Notes: generated by a model not told the origin, from the sequence alone. Numbered from the stretch's first letter, positions 9,609 to 19,046 are shown. The stretch: DNA of 64,000 nucleotides from Candidatus Actinomarina sp. (GCA_038147085.1 JAYQSV010000001.1:874578-938577); one strand, 5' to 3'. A program made the numbers and translations.

Positions 9609-10343
9609 ATGAAATCAAACTATATGTTTAATAGCTTTTCAATTGTAATTCCAATTTACAATGAAGAAGAAATTCTTTTAGAATCGGTAAATTCTATTAT
9701 CGCAATGTGTGAAAGAACTGAACTTTCTTATGAATTGATACTCATTGAAAATGGATCTACTGATAATACATTGGAAATTGCACGTTCATTAACTAGTAAA
9801 AATAATTCAATTAAAGTCCATTCACTTAAAAAAGCAAATTATGGAAATGCACTCAAAAATGGTTTTAGCTTAGCTATAAATGAACTAGTTGTTGCTTTCG
9901 ATATAGATTATTATTCTGAGTCGTTTTTAAACACTTCACTACTTCTTGAAAAAGAATTTTCTGCTTTAACAGCTTCTAAAAGATTACAATCTTCAGAAGA
10001 TGCTAGAAGATTAATACGACGTCTTGCTACCAACTTTTTTGTCTATTTATTAAAAATCCTATTTAGTACTAACTTAAGTGACACTCATGGGATGAAAGCT
10101 ATAAAAAAATCCGAAATTAATAAATTTATTGAACAAGTAGTTTCAACGCAAGATATTTTTGACACTGAACTTTTATTAAGAATCGAAAAAAATGGTGGAA
10201 AAGTTAAAGAAGTACCAGCAAAAATAAACGAAATAAGACCAAGTGTTTCTTTAATTTATAAAAGAATTCCTAGAACACTAAAGAGCTTAATTAAATTACG
10301 ATATACCTTTTATAAGGAATCTTTGAAAACAAAAAATTTATAA
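9609..10343 (+). CDS. GT2 family glycosyltransferase, polyprenol-phosphate sugar synthase-like (DPM1/GtrB/CsbB type)
   Basis: GT-A N-terminus FSIVIPIYNEEE, ELILIENGSTDNT and AFDIDY. No TM segments. The ATG at 9609 is preferred (a TTG lies at 9606 and another ATG at 9624). Confidence 0.75.
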   Translation: MKSNYMFNSFSIVIPIYNEEEILLESVNSIIAMCERTELSYELILIENGSTDNTLEIARSLTSKNNSIKVHSLKKANYGNALKNGFSLAINELVVAFDIDYYSESFLNTSLLLEKEFSALTASKRLQSSEDARRLIRRLATNFFVYLLKILFSTNLSDTHGMKAIKKSEINKFIEQVVSTQDIFDTELLLRIEKNGGKVKEVPAKINEIRPSVSLIYKRIPRTLKSLIKLRYTFYKESLKTKNL

Positions 10344-10774
10344 AGTAAGTATTTAATAGGAAGAATTACACCATTGATCAAAATTGTGATTATCAAGAAC
10401 CATAATTCATCAGTTTGTAATTTTTCATTAATTAAATTTATTAAAAACCACAAAAATAAAGGCCCAAAAAGATTTATTAAATTTATAAAAGTGAAATTAA
10501 CAAATTCTTTAAAAGTTCCTCCAAAAATGTTCAATTGAAAAATTATTTTCCTAGAAATAAAATACGAAATTACAACTCCGATGCTAAATCCAAAAATATT
10601 CGTAATGTAAGTTCTTAATGGAAATGGTATAAATATCAAAATATAGAATTGAAATAGATAAGAAATTGATAATCCAAAAACCAAATTGAATGCACCAACA
10701 AGATAAGTTCTAAACAACTCGACCCAAGAATTATTGCTTTTAAATATTTTTAAATTTTTAAATTTTTTAAACAA
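10310..10774 (-). CDS. GtrA-family small membrane protein (putative polyprenol-P-sugar flippase)
   Basis: 154 aa with 4 predicted TM helices and a GtrA-like pattern (LFRTYLVGAFNLVFGL ... ISYFISRKIIF). It overlaps both neighbouring genes. Confidence 0.6.
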   Translation of the reverse strand: MFKKFKNLKIFKSNNSWVELFRTYLVGAFNLVFGLSISYLFQFYILIFIPFPLRTYITNIFGFSIGVVISYFISRKIIFQLNIFGGTFKEFVNFTFINLINLFGPLFLWFLINLINEKLQTDELWFLIITILINGVILPIKYLLYKFFVFKDSL

Positions 10775-12941
10775 AACTTTTTTTCTTTCTAATAGCGATA
10801 CTAATTCCTATTGATAATGAAATGAAAGATAAATAATTTAAAATATTTTCAGTTTTTGAATTTTCGAATACCAGAGACACTGAATTATTTTTAGGTATAA
10901 CAGCCATAAATGAAGGTGATATTCTAAATGGACCTTCACCGTCAACAATCTTCCAATTTGGAAAATAAGAGACTTTTATAAGGTGTAATTTATCAGGGCT
11001 ATTTGTTTCAAAAGATATACTCTTATTGTCTATTTTTAAATTCTTTACTTCTAATTTTGAGTTTTCTACTTTGCTAATAGGAGAAATATCTATATCTTCA
11101 ATGACCTTATAGTTAGTTTCATTCTTAAAAGCTACATAAGCTTGATCAAAAAAGCTACCTTCTACCCTATCTCTAATTGTAGAATTTAAAATTCGATCTA
11201 AAAGATTTGGGTTTTCATAAAAATAAAGCTCATTATTTATGAGTTCAATTTTTGAGCTATCTAATTGGTACACTTCAAATACATCAGTAGCTAAAAGAAA
11301 AGTCAGCTCAGAATTTACTTTCGATTTGTCCTTAATCGAATCAGTGTAAGCAATAAAATAATCGACACCAAGTTCCTTCATAAGTCTTATTCCTTTATCA
11401 AAATCACCATTAATATAACTTAATCCACCAACAGGATTTGATGGTCTTTCAGCTAAACCAGAAACAGTTAAGAAATGAAACGGGGTTGTTATGCTTGAGT
11501 CGAAATATAAACCTTCCATACTTTGGTGTTGTGTAAAGTAAGGAATTGTCATCAAAACCATTGGGGTTCCATATTTATTTAATTCAGAATTAGGTTCCCA
11601 CATAATTCTACCTGGATCTAAGTTATTCAGACCTGAATAAAGCTGCTCAATATCATTCCATTGAGGTTTGTTTTCGTAACCTGTAAAATTCCAATTAATC
11701 CAATGAGGCAAAAAACTAATACTTGAAATAGAGATTAAAAAAATAATTAAATTTAAATTATTCTCAAAAGTAACTAGCAGAATTACTAACAACAGAATTA
11801 ATAGAATTATTGAAGTTATTGTAAATATTTCGTAATATTGAAACCATCTTTTGTAAAAATTATAAATAAGAAAAAATGAAAGTATAATATTGAACGCTTT
11901 TAGAAAATTTTGATAAAACAAAACTTTTTGAAAAACTTCAAACATCCCGTTAATAATCTGAAAAGACAAAAGTATTAATCCCATATTAAAAAACGGAACC
12001 ACCCTACCATTCCACAAAGCGCTTTCTGGACCATAAAAAAATATTGCTGTTGAAAAAATTATTAAGTAGATAGCTAATGATGAATTTTGTTTAACATTAT
12101 TAATTCCAATTGTTAATAAAGCTACAACTAGCAAAATAAATAAAGGAAGAATATCTGATTTTATCAAATCTGATATTTTTGTATAAGGAGTATATGACAT
12201 GTTTGTTGTGTACTCAAGGTTGAAAAATAACGAATAAGAAAACCTCAAAGTTATAAATATGTAAATTAGAAAACTAGATAATTTAATAGATAAATCTCTT
12301 TTTGAAACCAGAAAATGATAAGCATAGTAAGGGATAAATATCATAAATGGAATTATGTGTGAAAGAACAGATAATCCCATAAACATAGCACTATATATAA
12401 AAGTTTTATCTTTTTTAACTTTTAAAAAATATATACCAAGCAATACAAAACCAAGTGAAAACGTAAAAGAATACTGGCCAGCCAATGTGGATGCTAGATT
12501 TCCACCATAAATTGTAAAAGACTCAGTAAAAATATATACAAATCCAGCAATTGTCCCGATAATTGAATATTTTTTGGTTTCTAAACTAAATAATCGTTCA
12601 ACACTTATAACTAAAACAATTTGAGATAAAATTACCATCAATTTAAAAGCAATTGAAAAAGGAAGAATAAAGTTGAAGAGTGAAACAATGATCGGTGGAA
12701 CAGGAAAATAGAAATAGTAAAGTGGATATCCTGCAAACCAATCGTTTGACCAACCTCTTAAACTGAAGTTTTTAAAAAGATTTTCTACAAAAAACTTAGT
12801 GGGAACTACATGGGCACCCATATCTCCACCAGTAGGCAAAGTATTTGTGAAAACTAAATCTATTCTTAAAAAAATTAGTAAAAAAACACCTAGTAATACT
12901 TTTTGAAAAAGATCATTATTGAAATATTTAAGTTTGTTCAT
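10767..12941 (-). CDS. Large polytopic membrane protein, GT-C-fold glycosyltransferase-like (YfhO / PTPS-related membrane protein type)
   Basis: 724 aa. More than 12 TM helices in the first ~400 aa, with GGDMGAHV in the first loop. A soluble C-terminal domain follows, then a final TM helix. It is operonic with gtrA. Confidence 0.5.
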   Translation of the reverse strand: MNKLKYFNNDLFQKVLLGVFLLIFLRIDLVFTNTLPTGGDMGAHVVPTKFFVENLFKNFSLRGWSNDWFAGYPLYYFYFPVPPIIVSLFNFILPFSIAFKLMVILSQIVLVISVERLFSLETKKYSIIGTIAGFVYIFTESFTIYGGNLASTLAGQYSFTFSLGFVLLGIYFLKVKKDKTFIYSAMFMGLSVLSHIIPFMIFIPYYAYHFLVSKRDLSIKLSSFLIYIFITLRFSYSLFFNLEYTTNMSYTPYTKISDLIKSDILPLFILLVVALLTIGINNVKQNSSLAIYLIIFSTAIFFYGPESALWNGRVVPFFNMGLILLSFQIINGMFEVFQKVLFYQNFLKAFNIILSFFLIYNFYKRWFQYYEIFTITSIILLILLLVILLVTFENNLNLIIFLISISSISFLPHWINWNFTGYENKPQWNDIEQLYSGLNNLDPGRIMWEPNSELNKYGTPMVLMTIPYFTQHQSMEGLYFDSSITTPFHFLTVSGLAERPSNPVGGLSYINGDFDKGIRLMKELGVDYFIAYTDSIKDKSKVNSELTFLLATDVFEVYQLDSSKIELINNELYFYENPNLLDRILNSTIRDRVEGSFFDQAYVAFKNETNYKVIEDIDISPISKVENSKLEVKNLKIDNKSISFETNSPDKLHLIKVSYFPNWKIVDGEGPFRISPSFMAVIPKNNSVSLVFENSKTENILNYLSFISLSIGISIAIRKKKSFV

Positions 12942-13179
12942 TGAGGTTCTTACCTAAATACTTAGTTTTTCTTTTTCCATTTTCTGACCAAACCGCATAC
13001 CAATAAGGACCGTGAGGACAAGTTGTACAGGACTCTTTCCCACACTTAATATTTTTAGCCCTATATGTAACTTTTACATCGTTATTAAAACTTAACTTAT
13101 TATCAACCAGTAACTTAATTCTTTTTAAATCAGACTCATTTAGTTCAGACAAACCTTCTAGAATATCTTTGTCAATCAT
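12928..13179 (-). CDS. Small zinc-ribbon protein (C-x4-C-x2-C-PHGPYWY motif), function unknown
   Basis: MIDKDILEGL...IKCGKESCTTCPHGPYWYAVWSENGKRKTKYLGK. The ATG at 13179 is preferred over the 112-aa track version, which would run across the cofD promoter and start. The gene overlaps the GT-C gene start by 14 nt. Confidence 0.5.
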   Translation of the reverse strand: MIDKDILEGLSELNESDLKRIKLLVDNKLSFNNDVKVTYRAKNIKCGKESCTTCPHGPYWYAVWSENGKRKTKYLGKNLNEQT

Positions 13180-13223
13180 AACTAAAATGTTAGTTGATAG
13201 ATTTAAGTTGTTAGGAAATCTAA

Positions 13224-14120
13224 TTGAAAAATATTGTATATTTAAGCGGTGGAGTTGGCGGTGCAAAATTTGCTAAAGGTTTATACGCTCTTAATAATAT
13301 AAATCTTACAATCTTGGTCAATACTGGTGACGACGAATTTATTAATGGTGTAGCTCTTTCACCGGACATTGACACTGTGATTTATAATCTTGCTGAAATT
13401 CAAGGAGAATATGGTTGGGGCATCAAAAAAGATAAATTTTCAGTTCATGAACATCTTAATTACTTTTTAGAAACTACTTTCAGAATTGGGGATAAAGATT
13501 TAGGATTAAACCTTTTTCGAAACCAAATGCTTCATGAAGGTAAGACATTAACTGAAGTAACTAGCCTAATAAAAAATAAATTCCAAATTACATGTGAGAT
13601 TTTACCTATGACAGACAGTGGTGTTCAAACTAAATTAGTTACCAAAGAAAATCAAAAATTAGATTTTCAAGATTATTTTGTTAAAAAACAAGGAAAACCT
13701 CGACTCAAAAAGATAATTTATCAAGGTTCAACAGATGCAAAAGTCAGTAACAAAATTATTAGCAAAATTAAAAATTCTGATGTTGTAATTATAGGACCTT
13801 CGAATCCACTACTTTCAATTGGTCCAATTCTTTCACTTGAAAAAATTAAAAATGAGCTCATAAGACATAAGAATGTAATTGTTATCTCGCCATTCATCAA
13901 TAATAAAGCTATCAAAGGTCCATCAGAAAAAAACTTTATTGATCTTGGATATCAACCAAGCATTGATGGGATTAAAAAATATTACAACAAAATTGGTAAA
14001 AAGTATTATGTTCAATTTGGCGATTCAGATATGAGTGATAATGTATCAGAGGAAAATATATTTTTCAGAAACAAAAACGATGCAGTAAAACTAGCTAAAA
14101 AGATATTAATTAATGAGTGA
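13224..14120 (+). CDS. cofD: 2-phospho-L-lactate (or EPPG) transferase CofD/FbiA, F420 biosynthesis
   Basis: N-terminal LSGGVGGAKFAKGL and overall CofD-like sequence. TTG start preceded by AGGAAA. The stop overlaps cofE. Confidence 0.85.
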   Translation: MKNIVYLSGGVGGAKFAKGLYALNNINLTILVNTGDDEFINGVALSPDIDTVIYNLAEIQGEYGWGIKKDKFSVHEHLNYFLETTFRIGDKDLGLNLFRNQMLHEGKTLTEVTSLIKNKFQITCEILPMTDSGVQTKLVTKENQKLDFQDYFVKKQGKPRLKKIIYQGSTDAKVSNKIISKIKNSDVVIIGPSNPLLSIGPILSLEKIKNELIRHKNVIVISPFINNKAIKGPSEKNFIDLGYQPSIDGIKKYYNKIGKKYYVQFGDSDMSDNVSEENIFFRNKNDAVKLAKKILINE

Positions 14121-14811
14121 AATAAGAATATTACCAGTTTTTGGGTTACCAGAAGTTTCAGCTGGAGATGACTTAGCTAGTTTAATCATAAATTCTATTG
14201 AACAATCGGAGAACAATATTATTCAAAACGATGTTTTAGTAGTAACACAAAAAATTGTATCTAAAAGCGAAGGAATGATAAGAGATTTAGAACAAATTAG
14301 TTTTAAAGAGTTACTAGAGGAAGAAACTGTAAAAGTTGTTAGAAAAAGGGGTGATTTAGTTATTGCTCAAACTAAACATGGCTTTATATGTGCTAATGCT
14401 GGTATAGATAAATCAAATGTTGAAAACAATTTTGCTTTACTTCTCCCAAAAGATCCAAATAAGTCTGCTCATTCAATAAGAATGAAATTAGAATCTCATT
14501 TTCAAATAAAATTAGCCGTTATTATCTCTGATACGTTTGGCAGAGCTTGGAGAAAAGGACAAGTTAATTTCGCAATTGGTTCATCTGGTATTAACCCATT
14601 AGTAAATTATATAGGTACATTTGACACATTTAATAATGAATTGCACGCAACTGAAATAGCAATTATTGACGAGCTTTCTAGTGCAGCAGAACTAGTAATG
14701 GAAAAATCAATTAACGTACCCGTTGCGATAGTTAGAGGTGTTAAATATGAAAGTTCTGAATTGAATGCTTCAGAATTAATAAGAGAGAATTCAGAAGACT
14801 TTTTTCTTTAA
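14113..14811 (+). CDS. cofE: F420-0:gamma-glutamyl ligase CofE (single domain)
   Basis: Motifs VVTQKIVSKSEG, ANAGIDKSN, ISDTFGRAWRKGQVNFAIG and PVAIVRG. It is 232 aa with no C-terminal nitroreductase-like domain. Confidence 0.85.
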   Translation: MSEIRILPVFGLPEVSAGDDLASLIINSIEQSENNIIQNDVLVVTQKIVSKSEGMIRDLEQISFKELLEEETVKVVRKRGDLVIAQTKHGFICANAGIDKSNVENNFALLLPKDPNKSAHSIRMKLESHFQIKLAVIISDTFGRAWRKGQVNFAIGSSGINPLVNYIGTFDTFNNELHATEIAIIDELSSAAELVMEKSINVPVAIVRGVKYESSELNASELIRENSEDFFL

Positions 14812-15734
14812 GTTTTTAACCACTCAAAAACTTTTTGCATACCTTTACTTAAGGAATATTCAGGAACCCAATTTAATTTTTCCATAGCAAGCTTATTACT
14901 AAGCACACTTCGTTTTAACTCACCATCTCTTGCTTCTGCAAAAATTGGTTCAATCTCAGATTTGAATTCCTTTTGCATTGAAGAAACTAATTGGTTTACT
15001 GAAGTCTCAACACCGGTACCAATATTTAAAAATAGATTTTCATTTTTTGAAGCTGAGATTACAAGTGCTGCAACAACGTCTTTAACATAAATATAATCTC
15101 GTGTTTGATTACCATCACCATATATTATTGGTGATTCATTGTTAAGAAATTTACTAGCAAATATTGATACAACACCAGCTTCGCCGTGAGGATCTTGTTT
15201 TGGCCCATAAACATTAGATAAATTTAGTATTGAATAACTTAATTTTGTTTCATCTGTCATTATCTCTATTAATTCATTCAAACGTTTTTTTGCAACTCCA
15301 TATGGAGATTCTGGCTCACCAGCAAAATCGACTTCTGAAGTCGGTATGACTTTAGGCTCACCAAAAATAGTTCCACCTGATGAAGTAAAAATAAACTTTT
15401 TACAATCTGTTTTTAATAGTGTCTGAATAAGTTTTATAGGTTGTAATATGTTGTGCTCAAAATCTAAAGCTGGATCTTCAACTGAAATTACAACTGAAGA
15501 TTGAGCAGCTAAGTGATAACAAACTTCAGGGTTAAATGTTTGAATTTTTTCTAGTGACTCCTGTGACCCAAGTTCATCAATTACAAATTCAAAATCCTGA
15601 CTAAAGTCAAGATTTGATTTTTTTCCAGTAAGTAAGTTATCAATAACTAATAAAGAATTTTCTTTTGATTTTAATAATTCTTCAACAAGATGAGAGCCTA
15701 TAAAGCCTGCACCACCTGTAACTAAAATTCTCAC
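14808..15734 (-). CDS. NAD-dependent sugar-nucleotide epimerase (GalE-like)
   Basis: Rossmann motif VTGGAGFIGSH and the catalytic SPYGVAKK (YxxxK). Confidence 0.8.
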   Translation of the reverse strand: MRILVTGGAGFIGSHLVEELLKSKENSLLVIDNLLTGKKSNLDFSQDFEFVIDELGSQESLEKIQTFNPEVCYHLAAQSSVVISVEDPALDFEHNILQPIKLIQTLLKTDCKKFIFTSSGGTIFGEPKVIPTSEVDFAGEPESPYGVAKKRLNELIEIMTDETKLSYSILNLSNVYGPKQDPHGEAGVVSIFASKFLNNESPIIYGDGNQTRDYIYVKDVVAALVISASKNENLFLNIGTGVETSVNQLVSSMQKEFKSEIEPIFAEARDGELKRSVLSNKLAMEKLNWVPEYSLSKGMQKVFEWLKT

Positions 15735-16606
15735 ATTACTTCTCTAAATATCATATCTTTAATAGTACTTCCACTTTTAATGATTGAGTGCTCTGAAATA
15801 ATTGAATTTTCTATTGTCACATCATTTTCAATTATGGAATCATCTAAGATAACACTGTTAATTATTTGTACATTTTTATCTGACAAACTTACACTATTAC
15901 CAATCCAAAACTTTTCATTAGAATTTAAATGAGCTTCAATATAGGAATCTTTAGTTCCTACATCTTTCATTGATCCGCTAACTATAAAAGTTTTAAGTAG
16001 AGAATTTTTAGCTAAATTTGGAAATAACTGTTTTTCAAAACTACACGGTATTTCAAGTGAGTCTCTTATTTTTTCAATATCAGATTTATGCAAGTGGTAT
16101 AACCCTACACTTATTTTATTTCCAAACCTGTCATCTGAAGGTTTTTCAATAAATTCTGTAATAATATTTTCGTCATCTAAAACTAGTACTCCATATCTAG
16201 TTGGGTCACTTACTTCTATTGATCCAATTGTAGAAATTTCATTATTGTTGGCTTCAATAATGAATTGATCTAAATTAATATTTAACAATAAATCCCCATT
16301 CATACAGAAAAATTTTTCAGGTAAAGTATCAAGATTTTGAACAATATATCCAGCTGTGTCCAATTTCATTTCTTCAAATAATATATTGAATTTGAATCTT
16401 GTTTCATTTTTATATTGCAACCACATATCTTTATGTTTTGAAGAACATATTAGATTAAAATTAAAATTTTCAATTTTAAGGTATTCCTCAAAAATATATT
16501 CGATTATTGGTTTATTTTTAATTTTCAATAATGCTTTAGGTATTCCAAGGGAAAGTGGTTGTAGTCTTGTTGCTTCTCCGCCAACCAATAAATAAACTTC
16601 ACTCAT
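15731..16606 (-). CDS. Sugar-phosphate nucleotidyltransferase with C-terminal hexapeptide-repeat domain
   Basis: Motif LVGGEATRLQPLSLGIPKALL. The C-terminus is left-handed beta-helix-like (INSVILDDSIIENDVTIENSIISEHSII). Confidence 0.7.
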   Translation of the reverse strand: MSEVYLLVGGEATRLQPLSLGIPKALLKIKNKPIIEYIFEEYLKIENFNFNLICSSKHKDMWLQYKNETRFKFNILFEEMKLDTAGYIVQNLDTLPEKFFCMNGDLLLNINLDQFIIEANNNEISTIGSIEVSDPTRYGVLVLDDENIITEFIEKPSDDRFGNKISVGLYHLHKSDIEKIRDSLEIPCSFEKQLFPNLAKNSLLKTFIVSGSMKDVGTKDSYIEAHLNSNEKFWIGNSVSLSDKNVQIINSVILDDSIIENDVTIENSIISEHSIIKSGSTIKDMIFREVM

Positions 16607-17984
16607 GTTCTAATAATAAGTTTTTAAAGTCGCTAAATAAACTATCTAAGTTTAAAGCCATAACATTATCCCAAAGATTAATACTTTTTTCTTCACTAAT
16701 GAGACTTGAAGTATTTTTAACAAATTTTTTTCTTAAAAATGGTATTGCTTCTTTTCTTCTACTTGGATGGCCAATTGGATTAATTATTGTAACTTCATCT
16801 GATGAAGTACCATCCCGATAATTTAATTTCACTGAATTTGAAATATCTCTTTTTGAAAATTCATAATAGTTTTTGGTAAATTCATCACTTTCTTGAATGG
16901 AGATTTTACTTCTTAATGTTTCAATTTGGTCAAATAACTCAAATTTATCAAAGTACATATCATATGTTAGGTTTCCAGAAATTAATGCAGCAGCAACCAT
17001 GTATTCTAAACTGTGATCTCTGTCAGAGGGGTTATTTAATTCTTTTTTATTAGAAATTATTCTTACAGCAGGTTCATGTGTAGTGATTTGAATATTTTCA
17101 ATTTGTGATTTATTCTTTGAATAATCTTCATGTAATTTAATTGCTGCTTCAATTGCAGATTGTCCATGAAATTCTGCTGGGTACAATACTTTGAAAAGTA
17201 TGTTATTTATAACCCAGTCATCCAAAGTCTTACCAAATTCTAATTTCTCTCCCTCTAAAAATTTTTGCTCAAAACCCCAATTAGTATTATTTTGCACCCC
17301 AGAATAAATTTCGTCTGAGAATTTACTAATGTGTGACAATTCAATTGCTCTTTTAGAAGCATCAGCAGCAGCCCAGCTTTTTCTTTTACCCACATTAGGT
17401 ATATGTCTATAACTCCTTAGCGTTGGACCATCCTGGAGAATATTATTGATTGTTCTTTGAATTATTTCATCATTACCTTTATTCAAAAGAGAAGTGAACA
17501 CTGAACCCGAAGCCAATTTAACATAGAACACATGATCAAAACCTTTTCGATTCAGCGAGGTACCGAGAGATAGCGCGCCTTGAATTTCATATGCTTGAAC
17601 TATTGATCTTATAAAATGTTCAAACTTACTATTTTCATTAATATTAAAAAAGCTGTAAATAGCTCCAAAATTATCAGATGGATGTGCCCATTCTTTTGCT
17701 AAGAATGTATCGTTAAAATCAAACCATCTAGTCAATGTGGTCAAAAACCATGCAGTTTTTTCATAATTTGAATTATTATCAATTCTTCTAAAAGGATTAT
17801 TAGATGATTTAGTTTCAAAGTTAATTAATCCAAAATCTAATACTTCTTTACTCTTTGCAGCATCAAAAATGCAACCTATTGTATCTAAAATTGCTAATTT
17901 TGCAGAATAAAAAGTTTCTTCACTAATTTCATCAGATTGTTTTAAATATTCTGAAATAATACTGTCAATTTTGGTATTGACCAA
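16599..17984 (-). CDS. prpD: MmgE/PrpD family protein (2-methylcitrate dehydratase-like)
   Basis: 461 aa with the typical family length and pattern. It follows a citrate-synthase-family gene with a 2-nt gap. Confidence 0.7.
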   Translation of the reverse strand: MVNTKIDSIISEYLKQSDEISEETFYSAKLAILDTIGCIFDAAKSKEVLDFGLINFETKSSNNPFRRIDNNSNYEKTAWFLTTLTRWFDFNDTFLAKEWAHPSDNFGAIYSFFNINENSKFEHFIRSIVQAYEIQGALSLGTSLNRKGFDHVFYVKLASGSVFTSLLNKGNDEIIQRTINNILQDGPTLRSYRHIPNVGKRKSWAAADASKRAIELSHISKFSDEIYSGVQNNTNWGFEQKFLEGEKLEFGKTLDDWVINNILFKVLYPAEFHGQSAIEAAIKLHEDYSKNKSQIENIQITTHEPAVRIISNKKELNNPSDRDHSLEYMVAAALISGNLTYDMYFDKFELFDQIETLRSKISIQESDEFTKNYYEFSKRDISNSVKLNYRDGTSSDEVTIINPIGHPSRRKEAIPFLRKKFVKNTSSLISEEKSINLWDNVMALNLDSLFSDFKNLLLEHE

Positions 17985-17986
17985 TT

Positions 17987-19033
17987 TTATCTTTCGCTAG
18001 GACCAATATATTTTGCAGCTGGACGAATTAAAATATCTTGATCATGTTGCTCAAAAAAGTGTGCTGACCAACCAGCAATCCTACCAGCTACAAATATTGG
18101 AGTAAATAAATCTATATCAAAGCCGAGTTCATAAAGTAGCAAGCCTCCATAAAAATCCACATTTGGAAAGAGTTTTTTCTCTGAATCCATTAAATTGTCT
18201 ATTTCTTTTGCAATGTTAAAACGATTAATTGCCTCATCGGTAACACTTAGTTTTTCAACCCATGATTTGACAATAGGACTTCTCGGATCTTGAATTTTAT
18301 AAACCCCATGTCCAAAACCCATAATTTTATGTTTTTGTGATAAAAGATTCAAAACTCCCTCTCTCGCTTCATCAACGTTTGAAAATTGCGTTATCATTTT
18401 TACAGCTTTTTCGTTTGCCCCACCATGAAGCTCCCCTTTTAGTGTTCCAATTCCAGAAACAATAGAACTTGTTAAGTCTGATCTAGTTGATGCTGTTACA
18501 CGTGTGGCGAATGTAGAAGCATTAAAACCGTGTTCTGCATATAGAATTAAAATATCATCAAGTGCTTCAATTTTTTCGGCTGATACTTTGTCTTTTAGTA
18601 ATGAACTTGCAACAACATACTCCTCAACAAAATTTGTTGAAACTGCTTCATTTAGCACTGCAATTACATAACAATTTACAGCACTTAGTCTTGCTGTAGC
18701 ATCTAATCTATTTTTTCCTTCATATTCACCAACTAATGAAGTTATAACTTTTAAAACATCCATTGGATGCATTTTATTTTTAATTTCCGTTAAAACACTA
18801 TTTAAAAATTCATTGTTAAACATATCAACAAAATGGGTTTTATAGTAATTTTTAAAACTTGTTCCATCTAATGAGTCGTCAACGATCAAAGACACGACAT
18901 CTTCATAAGTGTGATTTTTAGTAAGTTCTACGGCATCATATCCACGATATCTTAAAGATGTTCCTTCTCTCCCAACAGTGGAAATAGAAGTTTCACCAGC
19001 AACAACTCCTCTTAAACCAGGTGAATAATCCAT
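17987..19033 (-). CDS. Citrate synthase family protein (citrate or 2-methylcitrate synthase)
   Basis: Signature MGFGHGVYKIQDPRS, plus HGGANE and AEHGFNASTF. It is 348 aa. Confidence 0.85.
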   Translation of the reverse strand: MDYSPGLRGVVAGETSISTVGREGTSLRYRGYDAVELTKNHTYEDVVSLIVDDSLDGTSFKNYYKTHFVDMFNNEFLNSVLTEIKNKMHPMDVLKVITSLVGEYEGKNRLDATARLSAVNCYVIAVLNEAVSTNFVEEYVVASSLLKDKVSAEKIEALDDILILYAEHGFNASTFATRVTASTRSDLTSSIVSGIGTLKGELHGGANEKAVKMITQFSNVDEAREGVLNLLSQKHKIMGFGHGVYKIQDPRSPIVKSWVEKLSVTDEAINRFNIAKEIDNLMDSEKKLFPNVDFYGGLLLYELGFDIDLFTPIFVAGRIAGWSAHFFEQHDQDILIRPAAKYIGPSER

Positions 19034-19040
19034 CGATACA

Positions 19041-19046
19041 ATTGTA
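19041..19046 (-). promoter_or_regulatory. -10-like hexamer TACAAT, 7 nt upstream of the citrate synthase ATG (leaderless-type)
   Basis: The minus strand reads TACAAT-tgtatcg-ATG. There is no SD. Confidence 0.4.

Noticed and set aside
12928-13266. The 112-aa version of the small ORF, and its identification as WhiB2 because of its position next to cofD/fbiA.
   Set aside because: The long version would run through the cofD promoter and start. The ATG at 13179 has a TAACAT-N7 context. The Cys pattern (C-x4-C-x2-C plus His) and the HGPYWY motif do not match the WhiB four-Cys/GVWGG signature.
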